The notes under the pieces were generated by a model. That model did no database searches. It was not told the DNA's origin and worked only from the letters and a program-made list of their open reading frames with translations. Positions 19,324 to 29,855 of a stretch of DNA of 64,000 nucleotides are shown in pieces. Where the stretch lies: assembly GCA_964618805.1 (NCBI GenBank), contig CAZUBM010000001.1:201939-265938 (forward strand), given 5' to 3'. Both the position numbers and the translations under genes were made by a program. How positions within the stretch are numbered: the stretch's first letter is position 1; every line of letters starts with the position of its first letter. This stretch comes from an uncultured Nitrososphaerota archaeon (GTDB taxonomy: Archaea; Korarchaeota; Korarchaeia; Korarchaeales; Korarchaeaceae).

Positions 19324-19740
19324 GTGAGTTCTGGGGTGCTAAAAACCGTAGGATCTTTTTTGGATAAAATGGGTGTTAAGTATGTCCTAGATGAGGAAAA
19401 AAGTCTAATATTGAGTAGCTGGTCCATAGAGGACAAGCCATTTACCGTGGGCATTTGGTCAGCAGGACCTTGGCTGATTATCAGGGGCTATATACTACCG
19501 AAATCTATGGTTCCCAGAGAAAAAGAGCTTCAACTTTACAAAAAACTGTTGAACACTCATTATAATTTAGCGGAAGTTAGATACGACATAGATGAGGAGG
19601 GAAATATAGGAACAACCCAATCAATCCCTTTAGAAGGGTTAAACATGAATAACTTCCAATCCGAGTTCAATGCTGTTCTTTACGCTATTAAGTTCTTTCT
19701 AACAGACATAGCAGGGAAGTTGGGTATAGAAATCAAGTAG
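19324..19740 (+). CDS. YbjN-like / T3SS-chaperone-fold protein
   Basis: 138 aa; LYKKLLNTHY..VRYDIDEEGNI pattern typical of YbjN-like proteins. Confidence 0.55.
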   Translation: MSSGVLKTVGSFLDKMGVKYVLDEEKSLILSSWSIEDKPFTVGIWSAGPWLIIRGYILPKSMVPREKELQLYKKLLNTHYNLAEVRYDIDEEGNIGTTQSIPLEGLNMNNFQSEFNAVLYAIKFFLTDIAGKLGIEIK

Positions 19741-19921
19741 ATTAGATTAGGATTCATTCTACGATCCGATCTTCAAAAAGCTTGGACCTGCTTGATCTAA
19801 TATATTCTTAGGATAGAATGAGTAAGTAGTCGCTTGATAAGGATCCAAAAACCCGACTCACAAACAACCTACTATAGAAGTTTATTTGTTCTCAAAGCAC
19901 TTGGCCAGTAGGGGTTATCAA

Positions 19922-20404
19922 TTGGCATTAAAAGGAGAAGATCTCATCTCATTCCTGAAGAAACAGGTTGATCTGGAGAATATGATTGTAGAGGAAGGAA
20001 ACAAAAGTGTTAAGGGCATAGAGAACGTTCTTGTACGGGAATTGATAAGAGGAATAGCTCTCGACTCCATGAAACATGCAAATATGCTAGAGGCAATGAT
20101 AGCTCTAATATCGGGAGCTAAGATCTTTTTGTCCGAAGAAGAAAGAGAGAGAATTGGCACACAAATAAAGAGACATATAGAACTTGAGAAGAAGGCGATG
20201 GAGACCTATTCAACGCTACTTGACCAGATAACGGATGAAAAGATGAGATTGCTCATAGATTATATCCTTAAGGATGAGAAGAGACACCACAGGTTGCTTC
20301 TAAACATAGACAAGATGATAGTTGAAGCTGAGACTTTAAAGGAAGAAAGCCTATGGGAAATGATGTGGAAATACTCAGTTTTCCACGGAGCTCCTGGAGG
20401 CTAA
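19922..20404 (+). CDS. Ferritin-like/rubrerythrin-family di-iron protein
   Basis: Paired E...DSMKH and E...DEKRHH helix motifs; TTG start after GGGGT. Confidence 0.75.
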   Translation: MALKGEDLISFLKKQVDLENMIVEEGNKSVKGIENVLVRELIRGIALDSMKHANMLEAMIALISGAKIFLSEEERERIGTQIKRHIELEKKAMETYSTLLDQITDEKMRLLIDYILKDEKRHHRLLLNIDKMIVEAETLKEESLWEMMWKYSVFHGAPGG

Positions 20405-20425
20405 CTCTTCTCTTAGTGAAGAAAA

Positions 20426-21013
20426 ATGAGAGGCTATAGGTTCTTCGTGACGGACATGGATGGAACCTTAGTTACGCTTGACATAGATTGGGACGAGGTG
20501 AGAGAGAAGGTAAGGGAAATACTAAGGACAGATCATCCCCTCAAACCACTTGGACCGAGCATTTTAGAGGCTACAGAAGGAAATGAAGTGCTTAGAAGAA
20601 AAGCATTCGAGCTTGTTGAGAACGAGGAAGTTAGAGCAGCACTTGATGCCTCTCCAGACCCAGAACTTAAGGCAATGCTTTCTAGACTTAAGAGAAGAGG
20701 AGTAAGGATGGCGCTAATTACATTTCAGTCCCTAAAGCCAGCCACGATAACGCTAAAGAGACTTGAGGTCCTTAACTTCTTTGAGTTCCTCATAACAAGG
20801 GAATACTCCCTAAACAGAAAGAAGCAGCTTTCAATAGCAATAAATCGTTTAAGAGCAGATCCTAGAAGTACCGTCTTCGCTGGAGATTCTCCTTGGGATG
20901 TCTTAGCTGGTAAGGAGCTTGGTTGTTTCACTGTGGTGGTAAGAAGTAATATCGAAGGTGCTGATCTCTACGTTAAAAGGTTTGTGGAGCTTGAGAAGGT
21001 CTTTTATGATTGA
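20426..21013 (+). CDS. HAD-superfamily hydrolase
   Basis: DMDGTL motif I; GDSPWD motif IV. Confidence 0.88.
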   Translation: MRGYRFFVTDMDGTLVTLDIDWDEVREKVREILRTDHPLKPLGPSILEATEGNEVLRRKAFELVENEEVRAALDASPDPELKAMLSRLKRRGVRMALITFQSLKPATITLKRLEVLNFFEFLITREYSLNRKKQLSIAINRLRADPRSTVFAGDSPWDVLAGKELGCFTVVVRSNIEGADLYVKRFVELEKVFYD

Positions 21014-23895
21014 TCTAATCTCCACTTCTCTCTAAATCTACTCAAAGCTAACTCCTTTCTCTCTTCATAGATCAGCTCGTAAAATCTCGAGGAAAGCCTT
21101 GGTTCCTCGGCTAGGATTTTGTCTATTTTCTTCTTAGGAAGACCGCTTGCTATCGCTATGGCCGCTACTTTACCGTATTTAGATATTAGAGAAACAGATT
21201 TTTTCAAATCTCTCCAAATTTTCTTGCTTTCTTTACTAAGTGCCCCTTCTCTAGCTCTAGTTAGAACAAGCCCGACCTCAAACTCATCTGCATCAGCCAT
21301 GCCAATGAGCCTAGAACCGCATATTGGGCACCTTAGCACATCATCTAACCTGTGTAGCTCAATCTCTTCAATGTACCCCTTGCACTCAAGGCACGCAAAT
21401 GTTCTGGACTGGCTCAGCAGATCTACTCTCATCTTGGCTACCTTCAAAGTCCTCTTTCTTTCTAAAGGAACTCTTTCTAACCTGCTTGTCATGAGGTCTA
21501 TTCCTATCTTTGCAATAGGAGTCGGCTTTTCGAGTTCTCCTAAGCAGATTACTTCGATTTTTCCTTCACCTATCATCTTTAACAATCTCCCTGCTCCCCT
21601 AAGATCTATGTCTCTCTCAACAGCTTCTCTAAAGGCCTCTTTGTAGACAGGAGTGTCTCTTAAGGCATCTATCAGATTATCAACAAATTCTCTGCTTAAG
21701 GTAGCTTCCTTCTCCAACACCCCCATCTTCCTGGCGGCTTGTGTTATCCTAAATCTAAAGAAGCCGCTTTTCTCCATGGTCCTTCTGACAACCGGGGCAA
21801 TTTCAGGTCCACTCCCCTCTTTAAGTATCGTTGAAGCTTCCTCAGGAGAAACCTGACCCTTAAGGTAGATCCTATAAGGGTCCTCACTTACAGCTACTGG
21901 CTTTGCAAATCTCTCAGTTAAAGCCTCTGATAGGAATCTAGAAAGTGCTCTGTTTATGAGGGTTCCTCCAAGGACATGGACTGTAACCAAATCTTTGTAA
22001 GCCTCAACAACGATTCTTTTATCGTTTGGAACGGGATAGCCTAACTTGCACTGCTCGAAAATAAGTTCTATACCTCTAGCTATGAAATCTGGCGTAGACC
22101 CATATCTCTCAGATAGTTCCTTTGCTATTTCTAAAAGGCCGTCTCCCTTCTCAAACTTCTCCTCCACAAATCTCCTAACTAATCCTACTTCTTGGGCTGC
22201 CTCATAAGGAACAGGAATCTCCTCTCCCACCCAACTTGGAATGGCTCCTAAAGGATCCTTTGCGCTTTTCACATATACGCGATCTTCGAAGACCTGAACA
22301 ACTGTCCAAACCTCTCCGGCCATTACAAACTTAATCCCAGGTTTCCCATACTCAGCTACAAATGGCTCATCTAAGACCCCAACAGGCTCTTCTGTATCTT
22401 GGTCTATTACCAAATATTGCTTTACATCTGGTATCATTGAGAGATTCTCGAAATAATATGTGTAAATTCTCTCGGGAGGGCCTACTCTGAAGAACTCAGC
22501 TTCTTTAAAAGAGAGCCCAAGGAAGGGACTTCTCATGTGAGCCATAAACCTCAAAAGCTCCATAAACTCATCAAATCTCAAATTTCTGTAGTTATATGCT
22601 CCTTTAACTATGGCATATGCCTCTTCTACAGCCCATCTCTTCTTTGTAAGGAGAAAGCCAGCTATCTCATGCATTAAAGCATCAAGAGGCTTCTCAGGAA
22701 TCTTTACAGGTTCAAGTTCGTCTGACATAGCCCTTCTAGCCACAACAAGCGCTTCAATAGCATCGTCAGGATTTTGAACTATAACTGTCCCCTTTGAAAC
22801 AGCCCCTATCCTGTGTCCGCTCCTTCCAACCCTTTGGACTAAACGAGTAGCCTGTCTAGGGGAGTTGTATTGAATTACCATATCTATGGATCCAATATCT
22901 ATGCCCAGTTCTAGGCTTGAGGTTGCTATTAAAGCCTTTAGTGTCCCTGATTTAAGGCCTCTCTCTGCTCTAAGTCTGCTTTCAAGGGCTAAGGATCCAT
23001 GATGCACATTTATAGGTATGGAAACATCCCAAAGCTTGAATCTACTTCCTAAGACCTCTGTCATAGGTCTTGTGTTTGTGAATATTAAGCAAGACTTTGA
23101 TGATTCAACAATCTCCTTCATGCAACGGAGTCTGGCTGCAACGTCCGGGTAGGTGTATAATCTTGATGCAAGTTTAACATCATCTGGGGTTGGCTTTGGA
23201 TATGCTATCTTTACCTTCATTAGCTTTACAATGGGTACGTATATCATCTCACAAGAGTCTGAAGATCCGATGAGAAAGCGTGCAACTTTCTCTGGACTAC
23301 CAACCGTTGCTGATAGACCTATTATCTGGAAATCACCTTTTTTCAACCATTTTAACCTTTCAAGGGCCAAAGCAAGCTGAGCTCCCCTCTTGCTTTCGGC
23401 CAGCTCATGAATCTCATCTATGATAACGTGCCTTACGGTTAGTAAGTTCTCCCTCAGTTTTCTACCAATAAGCATTATCTGCAAAGTTTCAGGTGTCGTT
23501 ACCATGATGTCTGGAGGCATATCTGCCTGAGTCCTCCTCTCTCTTATGGATGTGTCGCCATGTCTCACTCCAATCGAGAGATCTAGTTTACTGCACCACC
23601 ACTGGAGTCTATCCATCAAGTCTCGGTTCAGAGCTCTCAGTGGAGTTATGTACAATACTTTGACGCCTCTCACCCTTTTTTCCTCAAGAAGCTTGCTTAA
23701 TATAGGAAGAAAAGCGGCTTCAGTCTTACCTGTTCCGGTTGCTGCTATAAGAAGAACGTTTTTCCCCTCCAGTATGGGCTTTATAGCTTTAGCTTGCGGA
23801 TCTGTTGGTTCCATAAACCCTTTCTCTTCGACGAGTCTCCTGACTGGCTCTGCAAGCATTTCAAAAGCATTTGATTCGATAGAAGAGGATCTCAT
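21004..23895 (-). CDS. lhr: Lhr-family SF2 helicase with C-terminal Cys-rich (Zn-ribbon) region
   Basis: ATGTGKT, YITPLRALNRD, DEIH, LSAT, HHGSL, SSLELGIDIG, QRVGRSGH; CLEC...CPIC near the C-terminus. Confidence 0.92.
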   Translation of the reverse strand: MRSSSIESNAFEMLAEPVRRLVEEKGFMEPTDPQAKAIKPILEGKNVLLIAATGTGKTEAAFLPILSKLLEEKRVRGVKVLYITPLRALNRDLMDRLQWWCSKLDLSIGVRHGDTSIRERRTQADMPPDIMVTTPETLQIMLIGRKLRENLLTVRHVIIDEIHELAESKRGAQLALALERLKWLKKGDFQIIGLSATVGSPEKVARFLIGSSDSCEMIYVPIVKLMKVKIAYPKPTPDDVKLASRLYTYPDVAARLRCMKEIVESSKSCLIFTNTRPMTEVLGSRFKLWDVSIPINVHHGSLALESRLRAERGLKSGTLKALIATSSLELGIDIGSIDMVIQYNSPRQATRLVQRVGRSGHRIGAVSKGTVIVQNPDDAIEALVVARRAMSDELEPVKIPEKPLDALMHEIAGFLLTKKRWAVEEAYAIVKGAYNYRNLRFDEFMELLRFMAHMRSPFLGLSFKEAEFFRVGPPERIYTYYFENLSMIPDVKQYLVIDQDTEEPVGVLDEPFVAEYGKPGIKFVMAGEVWTVVQVFEDRVYVKSAKDPLGAIPSWVGEEIPVPYEAAQEVGLVRRFVEEKFEKGDGLLEIAKELSERYGSTPDFIARGIELIFEQCKLGYPVPNDKRIVVEAYKDLVTVHVLGGTLINRALSRFLSEALTERFAKPVAVSEDPYRIYLKGQVSPEEASTILKEGSGPEIAPVVRRTMEKSGFFRFRITQAARKMGVLEKEATLSREFVDNLIDALRDTPVYKEAFREAVERDIDLRGAGRLLKMIGEGKIEVICLGELEKPTPIAKIGIDLMTSRLERVPLERKRTLKVAKMRVDLLSQSRTFACLECKGYIEEIELHRLDDVLRCPICGSRLIGMADADEFEVGLVLTRAREGALSKESKKIWRDLKKSVSLISKYGKVAAIAIASGLPKKKIDKILAEEPRLSSRFYELIYEERKELALSRFREKWRLDQS

Positions 23896-23994
23896 GCCCT
23901 ATAATGAAAGTATAAACGTCTTATTTATTCTAACCGATCCATTGCAACTTCCTAAAGCGTGAGTTTATTACATTAACTAATATTTTAGAAGAAG

Positions 23995-24330
23995 ATGGGC
24001 CCTTCTAGACCGGAGAAGGTAGCTGTAAAGATAATGCTAATCATAAAGGGTAAGCATGTCTTAGGTGAGGGCAGAGTTCGGCTTCTTGAGGAGATAGATA
24101 AATTGGGATGCATTTCTAAAGCAGCAAAAGAGCTTAATATCCCTTATAGAGTTGCAATTCGCCACATAAGAAGAGTAGAAGGGATAATAGGGGAGAAGCT
24201 TGTTGTTACAAGAAGAGGTGGAAGAGGAGGGGGAGGTAAGGCAGAGCTGACTCCAATTGCTAAAAACATTGTGGATACCTATAAAAAAGCAAAGGATGCT
24301 GTAGATAGGGCTCTTAAAGAGCTTTCTTAA
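23995..24330 (+). CDS. ModE-type winged-helix regulator (N-terminal domain only)
   Basis: LGEGRVRLLEEI..LGCISKAAKELNIPYR...RGGRGGGGKAELT. Confidence 0.85.
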   Translation: MGPSRPEKVAVKIMLIIKGKHVLGEGRVRLLEEIDKLGCISKAAKELNIPYRVAIRHIRRVEGIIGEKLVVTRRGGRGGGGKAELTPIAKNIVDTYKKAKDAVDRALKELS

Positions 24331-24393
24331 GCCTATAAACGAACTCTTAAGCTTAAGCACTTTCAATTTAGATTAAAATAGCTAAAAATTTTT

Positions 24394-25908
24394 CTAGATA
24401 TAGTCAGGTATCCTTCTCAGGAGCATTCCCTCGACGGTAATGGGCTTCGTTCGCATAGCTATATTGTAAGCCTCCGTTAGTTTAGATTCTCTCTCTGCAT
24501 AGATCGTCATCAACGGATTTCCTTTTTCTACCTTATATCCAACCTTCGCATGAAGCAAAACTCCCGCTCCTTTCTCAACAGGAGCTCCAGCAGCTAGTGC
24601 TATCTCTTTTATGGATTGATTATCGACATCCGTGACGTATCCGTCGCAAGGTGCGCGTATCTGAGCCGTATACTGTCCTACAGGGATATCATCTGGTTTA
24701 ATGTTTGGGTTTCCTCCTTGAACTCCTATTATTTCCCTCATCTTCTTCAAGGCCTTTCCAGAAACCAAAGCTTCTTCGGCTAACTCTTTACCGCTCCCTC
24801 TTGCGGCAATGCCAGCCATTTCCAGTAAAAGGCCTGCTAGAGAAGTTGATTTCTCTATTAAGCTTGCTGGACCCTTTCCTTGAAGGGCTTCCAATGCTTC
24901 CTTTGCTTCTAAGGCAGGTCCTACCGCATGTCCTACTGGCTGACCCCCATAAGTTATGCCGCACTGAACTCTAACCCCAAATCTCCTTCCAAGTTCCACA
25001 AACTGACTTGAAAAGAGTTCAGCTTCTTCAACAGTCTCTACCTTAGCTCCTTTTCCCGTTGGAATATCAACGACTAGTGCTTTTGTTCCAGTAGCCAGCT
25101 TTTTCGACATTATTGAAGCTAGCATCTGACCTCTAGGATCTATTCCAAGAGGATGCTCTACTCTTATGAAGATATCGTCTGTTGGAGCAAGCCCCAATCT
25201 TCCTCCCCAAACGATAGCTCCTCCAGCCCTTAGGGCTATCTCTTTAAACTCCTCAGCTGAGAACTCAACTGGAGCAAGCACTTCCATCGTATCTGCTGTC
25301 CCAGTAGGGCTTGTAATGGCTCTACTAGATGTCTTGGGTATTAAAACTCCCAGAGAAGCCACAATTGGCACTATAAGAAGGCTAACTTTGTTCCCAGGCA
25401 CTCCTCCTATGGAGTGCTTCTCAAAAGTAGGTCCTCCAAAATCTATTCTTTCTCCCGTCTCTACCATGGCTTTAGTTAAAGCCTCTATCTCGTCCATACT
25501 CATACCGTGGAACTCTTGAGAAAGCAGAAATGCAGCTATCTCTAGATCTGTTAGGTTATAGTTTACTACATCTTCTATGATCGATCTTATCTCATCTGGA
25601 AGTAGCTTTTTTCCCTCCATCTTCTTCTTAATGTACGAAAAGGAAGCAGGTCTCCCACTTATGGAGAGAGTTATAGCATCACCCTCTTCTACCTCTAGAA
25701 TTTCCATAAGCTCTTGCGAAAGGGCTGCAACACCAGGTTCTACTTGACTTCTAGACACTGAAAGAAAGGCAGAAGCTCTTTTTCTCATGTACTCCACTTT
25801 AACTCTGTCGTTCATCCTCATCCCTTGGCTGGCTGCATCTTTCTCGCTTATCAGGATGAGACGTCTTCCAACGGGGAATCCAAGAGGTCTAACTTTAAGC
25901 TTCAGCAT
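24394..25908 (-). CDS. deoA: AMP phosphorylase (thymidine-phosphorylase family, archaeal AMP salvage)
   Basis: KHSIGGVPGNK, PKTSSRAITSPTGTADTMEVL, ASIMSKK, DIPTGKGAKV; 504 aa with an N-terminal extra domain. Confidence 0.92.
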   Translation of the reverse strand: MLKLKVRPLGFPVGRRLILISEKDAASQGMRMNDRVKVEYMRKRASAFLSVSRSQVEPGVAALSQELMEILEVEEGDAITLSISGRPASFSYIKKKMEGKKLLPDEIRSIIEDVVNYNLTDLEIAAFLLSQEFHGMSMDEIEALTKAMVETGERIDFGGPTFEKHSIGGVPGNKVSLLIVPIVASLGVLIPKTSSRAITSPTGTADTMEVLAPVEFSAEEFKEIALRAGGAIVWGGRLGLAPTDDIFIRVEHPLGIDPRGQMLASIMSKKLATGTKALVVDIPTGKGAKVETVEEAELFSSQFVELGRRFGVRVQCGITYGGQPVGHAVGPALEAKEALEALQGKGPASLIEKSTSLAGLLLEMAGIAARGSGKELAEEALVSGKALKKMREIIGVQGGNPNIKPDDIPVGQYTAQIRAPCDGYVTDVDNQSIKEIALAAGAPVEKGAGVLLHAKVGYKVEKGNPLMTIYAERESKLTEAYNIAMRTKPITVEGMLLRRIPDYI

Positions 25909-25920
25909 GTTATATCAAAC

Positions 25921-25975
25921 TTTTAAGCCAAACAGGGCTTAAAAAGATGTCTTTAAGCTCAAAAAGCTCTTAAAG
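25921..25975. promoter_or_regulatory. Two related palindromes upstream of AMP phosphorylase (TTTTAAGCC-N6-GGCTTAAAA; CTTTAAG-N11-CTTAAAG)
   Basis: Read directly from sequence, 13-67 bp upstream of the start codon. Confidence 0.4.
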
Positions 25976-25999
25976 CAGAAAGATCTGGGTTCTTAATAA

Positions 26000-26818
26000 C
26001 TATCCGAATAAGTTGTCCAAGAACATCATAACTGCAAAACCCATTACTGCACCGAAGGTAGCGATCCTCTCATAACCCCTGCTATGACTTTCTGGAATCA
26101 TCTCATCACTAACCACGAATATCATTGCACCAGCAGCAAAAGCCATTGCGATCGGTAGAATGGGTTTGACTGTTGAGACGAGTGAGATTCCCAATAACCC
26201 TCCTATGGGCTCCACAAGACCGCTTAAAGCAGCATACCAGGCCGCTTTTCTCTTATTGAAGCCTTCTCTTAGCATAGGAAAGGCAACAGCCATTCCTTCT
26301 GGTATGTTCTGAATTGCTATGGCTAGTGATACAACCAAACCAGTACTTATGTCTTCTCCACCAAAACTAACTCCTACAGCCATTCCCTCAGGAAAATTAT
26401 GGATTGTAATTGCCAAAATCATTAGGGAAACCCTAGACAGCTTGGAAGGAGGGCCCTCATACCCTTTAAAGATGTGTTCATGCGGGATTAGTCTGTCAGC
26501 GATATCTACAAACATAGCTCCTACCAATAAACCAAGTACCACTCTTCCTATTCCAGCCAATTCAATAGCTGGTACTAATAGGCTGAAAGCTGAGGCAGCT
26601 AACATTACTCCTGCTGAAAATCCAAGCGCCGCATCTAAGAGCTTATCTGAAATGTTAGAGGTGAAAAGCAAGGGAAATGCTCCAATTGCTGTAGCTAATC
26701 CAGCTAGAAGACTGGCAAGAGAGCCTAGGAGGATTAAATTATGTGTTAACACATAACCACCTAACAACCCTTCATAAAAAAGAGGAGCTTTTCTTCCTTC
26801 AGATGATCTCTCTGTCAT
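26000..26818 (-). CDS. zupT: ZIP-family (GufA/ZupT) divalent metal transporter
   Basis: HNFPEGMAVG and QNIPEGMAV motifs, PHEH loop; true start probably about 20 codons downstream. Confidence 0.92.
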   Translation of the reverse strand: MTERSSEGRKAPLFYEGLLGGYVLTHNLILLGSLASLLAGLATAIGAFPLLFTSNISDKLLDAALGFSAGVMLAASAFSLLVPAIELAGIGRVVLGLLVGAMFVDIADRLIPHEHIFKGYEGPPSKLSRVSLMILAITIHNFPEGMAVGVSFGGEDISTGLVVSLAIAIQNIPEGMAVAFPMLREGFNKRKAAWYAALSGLVEPIGGLLGISLVSTVKPILPIAMAFAAGAMIFVVSDEMIPESHSRGYERIATFGAVMGFAVMMFLDNLFG

Positions 26819-27021
26819 CTAATGATGTGGTAAGCTTGGCCAAAAACAGGGTGACATAGCCCTTAATTCTTGCAAAATGTAAAAGGAGATTATTGAAATA
26901 GGCTTTTACATATCGACTCATTGGAGCAATTAAGCAACTGTTGACACAAGGGACAAATTCGCTCGAGGAAAAGGGAGTAAATAGATCGAATATGTAAACT
27001 CCCCTCTGACCTAGATTTTTC

Positions 27022-27871
27022 ATGAAAAGAAGAAGGTTAGGACGGACAGAAAATATGAGTAGTATAATCACCCTCGGCTGTTACGCTTTTTCAAGAATTT
27101 CACAGGAGGAAGCAGATCCGTACATAGAACTTGCACTTTCTCACGGAGTAAATCACTTTGATGTAGCACCGAGTTACGGTGAAGCTGAGCTAAGGATTAG
27201 CCTTGGTTGAAGAAAAGGAGAAATGAGGTTTTTCTAGCCTGCAAAACTCTAAAAAACTAAAGAAGAGGCCAAAATCAAGTTACTCTTAAGCTTAAAAAGG
27301 TCGATGTCAAATGGATAGATCTTTATCAAATTTACGCTTTAGATGATCAAAATGATCTTGAAAGAGTGATGGAGCCAGAAGGTGCGCTAGAAGCCATAAA
27401 AGAGGCCAAAGAAACGGGTTTAATAAGATATATTGGGATAACAACTCACAAACAGCCTACAATTATTAAGGCTCTGGAAAGATTTGATTTCAACACGATC
27501 ATGTTTCCACTAAATTTTGTGCTTCGAAGGCATTGCTGTAAAGAGAATGACTATGAGCCTCTCCTTAGAATATCAGAAGAAAGAGATTTAGGAACAACAG
27601 CCATAAAGGTATTTGCAAAAGGGCCTTGGAAGACCAAAAGAAGGAAATACCAGACATAGTATGAGCCCTTCGATAAACAGGATGAAATAGAATTATGTCT
27701 GCGGTTTGTCTTATCTCAAGGGGTAACTACTGTAGCCTCTGCAGGGATCCAAGATTAATCCCTTTAATTTTAAATGCTGCAGAAAGGTTTAGGGAGATAA
27801 CTAAATTGGAACAAGAGGAATTGATGGAATCAGCAGCAAGCCTAACTCCTCTCTTTCCTATGAAGAGGTAA
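27022..27871 (+). pseudogene. Aldo/keto reductase pseudogene
   Basis: RRLGRT..S.ITLG, NHFDVAPSYGEAE, GLIRYIGITTH fragments in different frames; several frameshifts and a TAG in QT*YEPF. Confidence 0.85.
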
Positions 27872-27936
27872 GCTAACACTTCTCTTCTTGGTTTTTACTT
27901 TGTTAAAGTTTTATTCTTTCCTTATGGTAAAACAAT

Positions 27937-29394
27937 TTGGTGACCTTGAACAGAAGAATAGAGAAACATCCGATTCTTGAGTTTCCTAGGAGGAAGCCAG
28001 TTGTCTTTACATTTGAAGGGAAGAAAATTCGAGCTTACGAAGGGGAGAGCATAGCTGCTGCACTTTATGCATCTGGCCTAAAAATTTTCACATGGAGCTA
28101 TAAACGAAACAGGCCTAGAGGATGGTTCTGCGGGGTTGGAAAGTGTTCTTCCTGTTTGATGACTGTAAATGGAATACCGAATGTTAGAACTTGTATAGTG
28201 CCTGTAAGAGATGGTTTGAACGTTCAAAGACAAAAACAGGGACTAGGAACACTTCCTTCTAGCTTCAACGAGAATCTTGAAGTGGAAAAACTTGATGTCG
28301 AGTTGGCTGTGATAGGAGGAGGGCCAGCTGGTCTTTCTGCAGCTATAACAGCTAAAAGACTGGGATGCAGCACAGTGGTAATTGATGAGAACTTTAAGGC
28401 GGGAGGTCAGTTAATAAAGCAGACCCATAAGTTCTTTGGTTCTAGAGAAAACTATGCGGGAGTTCGCGGAATAGAGATAGCAAATATGTTGCTTAAGGAT
28501 CTCAAAGAACTTGGAGGAAGCTGGCTTCTCAGTTCTACTGTTGTAGCGGATTACATTGAAGGAGAAAAACACGTTCTTCTTGTACCTTCTGTTGTCGAAC
28601 CTAAGGTTAGGGTAATAAGAGCTGAAAAGATTATTGTGAGTACTGGAGCAAGGGAGAATATGCTCATTTTTCCCAACAACGATCTTCCAGGAGTTTATGG
28701 AGCGGGCGGAGTTCAAACTTTGATGAACGTCTTCGGTATAAAACCAGGAGAGAGAGCGCTAGTAGTAGGGGCTGGAAACGTTGGTCTAATAGTAGCATAC
28801 CAATTAATTCAGGCTGGAACAAGTGTTGAGGCAATAGTAGAGGCTATGCCTAGGATTGGGGGTTATTTCGTTCATGCAGCAAAGGTTAGGAGGCTTGGAG
28901 TGCCGATATACCTGAGACATTCCATAAAAAGGGCCATTGGTAAGGAATTTGTCGAAGCGGCCGAGATAGTGCAACTTGATGAGAATTGGAATCCCATACA
29001 GGGGACGGAGAGAAAAATTGAGGTTGACATGATAGTATTAGCAGTAGGTTTGACTCCGGCCTCTGAAATTCCAGCTCAGGCTGGATGTAAGTTAGCCTAT
29101 ATCCCAGAACTCGGAGGACAAGTAGCTATTCATGATCAAGATCTTAGAACAACGATATCGGGAATGTATGTTGCTGGAGATTCCTCAGGAATAGAGGAGG
29201 CGACCACAGCTATGTTAGAAGGAAAAATTGCCGGGGCTGATGCAGCCTTATCTTTAGGATATAAGCCAGATGAAGCAAAAAGGATAAAGGATAAGGCTAA
29301 GAGGAATATATCCGAGTTTAGAAGGAGTCCATTTGGGGAGAAGCCAAGAAAAGGAAAGGAGAGGATATGGAGGATGATGGAGGCGATCCAATGA
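27937..29394 (+). CDS. Dye-linked proline dehydrogenase / sarcosine oxidase alpha-like subunit (2Fe-2S + FAD/NAD)
   Basis: RPRGWFCGVGKCSSC..NVRTC; IGGGPAG; GGQLIKQTHKFFG; GAGNVG. Confidence 0.88.
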   Translation: MVTLNRRIEKHPILEFPRRKPVVFTFEGKKIRAYEGESIAAALYASGLKIFTWSYKRNRPRGWFCGVGKCSSCLMTVNGIPNVRTCIVPVRDGLNVQRQKQGLGTLPSSFNENLEVEKLDVELAVIGGGPAGLSAAITAKRLGCSTVVIDENFKAGGQLIKQTHKFFGSRENYAGVRGIEIANMLLKDLKELGGSWLLSSTVVADYIEGEKHVLLVPSVVEPKVRVIRAEKIIVSTGARENMLIFPNNDLPGVYGAGGVQTLMNVFGIKPGERALVVGAGNVGLIVAYQLIQAGTSVEAIVEAMPRIGGYFVHAAKVRRLGVPIYLRHSIKRAIGKEFVEAAEIVQLDENWNPIQGTERKIEVDMIVLAVGLTPASEIPAQAGCKLAYIPELGGQVAIHDQDLRTTISGMYVAGDSSGIEEATTAMLEGKIAGADAALSLGYKPDEAKRIKDKAKRNISEFRRSPFGEKPRKGKERIWRMMEAIQ

Positions 29395-29855
29395 AAGAAG
29401 CTGGGATCTTATCAACGGAGGAAGTTAAGAAGGTGACTCCTCCCATAGATAGAGCTGAAAAGGGGCCAGTTGCTGTCATAGAATGCTTAGAGGAAATTCC
29501 TTGTGACGCATGTGGGTGGGCCTGTCCCTCTGGCGCTATAATAAAGCAAGGCATTACGATCCCTCCTAAGATAGATTATGAAAAGTGCACAGGATGCGGA
29601 CAGTGCGTTTTAATCTGTCCTGGACTGGCGATCTTTCTAATCGAGCTTGTTGGAGAAAAGGCTAGGGTCACTATTCCTTACGAACTCTTACCAGAACCAC
29701 AAGTTGGGCAGGAGGTAACTGCTCTTGATAGGAAAGGATCTCCTGTTGCCAAGGCAAAAGTTCTCAAAGTACTGAAGTCTAAGGACAAAACTATGGCAGT
29801 AACGATCGAAATTCCTAGGAAACTCTTCATGGAAGTGAGAGGGATGAGGCTATGA
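29391..29855 (+). CDS. 4Fe-4S ferredoxin subunit of the same complex
   Basis: EC..IPCDACGWACP and CTGCGQCVLICPG; ATGA overlap with the upstream stop. Confidence 0.88.
   Translation: MKEAGILSTEEVKKVTPPIDRAEKGPVAVIECLEEIPCDACGWACPSGAIIKQGITIPPKIDYEKCTGCGQCVLICPGLAIFLIELVGEKARVTIPYELLPEPQVGQEVTALDRKGSPVAKAKVLKVLKSKDKTMAVTIEIPRKLFMEVRGMRL

Noticed and set aside
21004-23895. Lhr helicase as part of the SMC system
   Set aside because: Convergent orientation and separated by unrelated genes; Lhr is widespread in archaea
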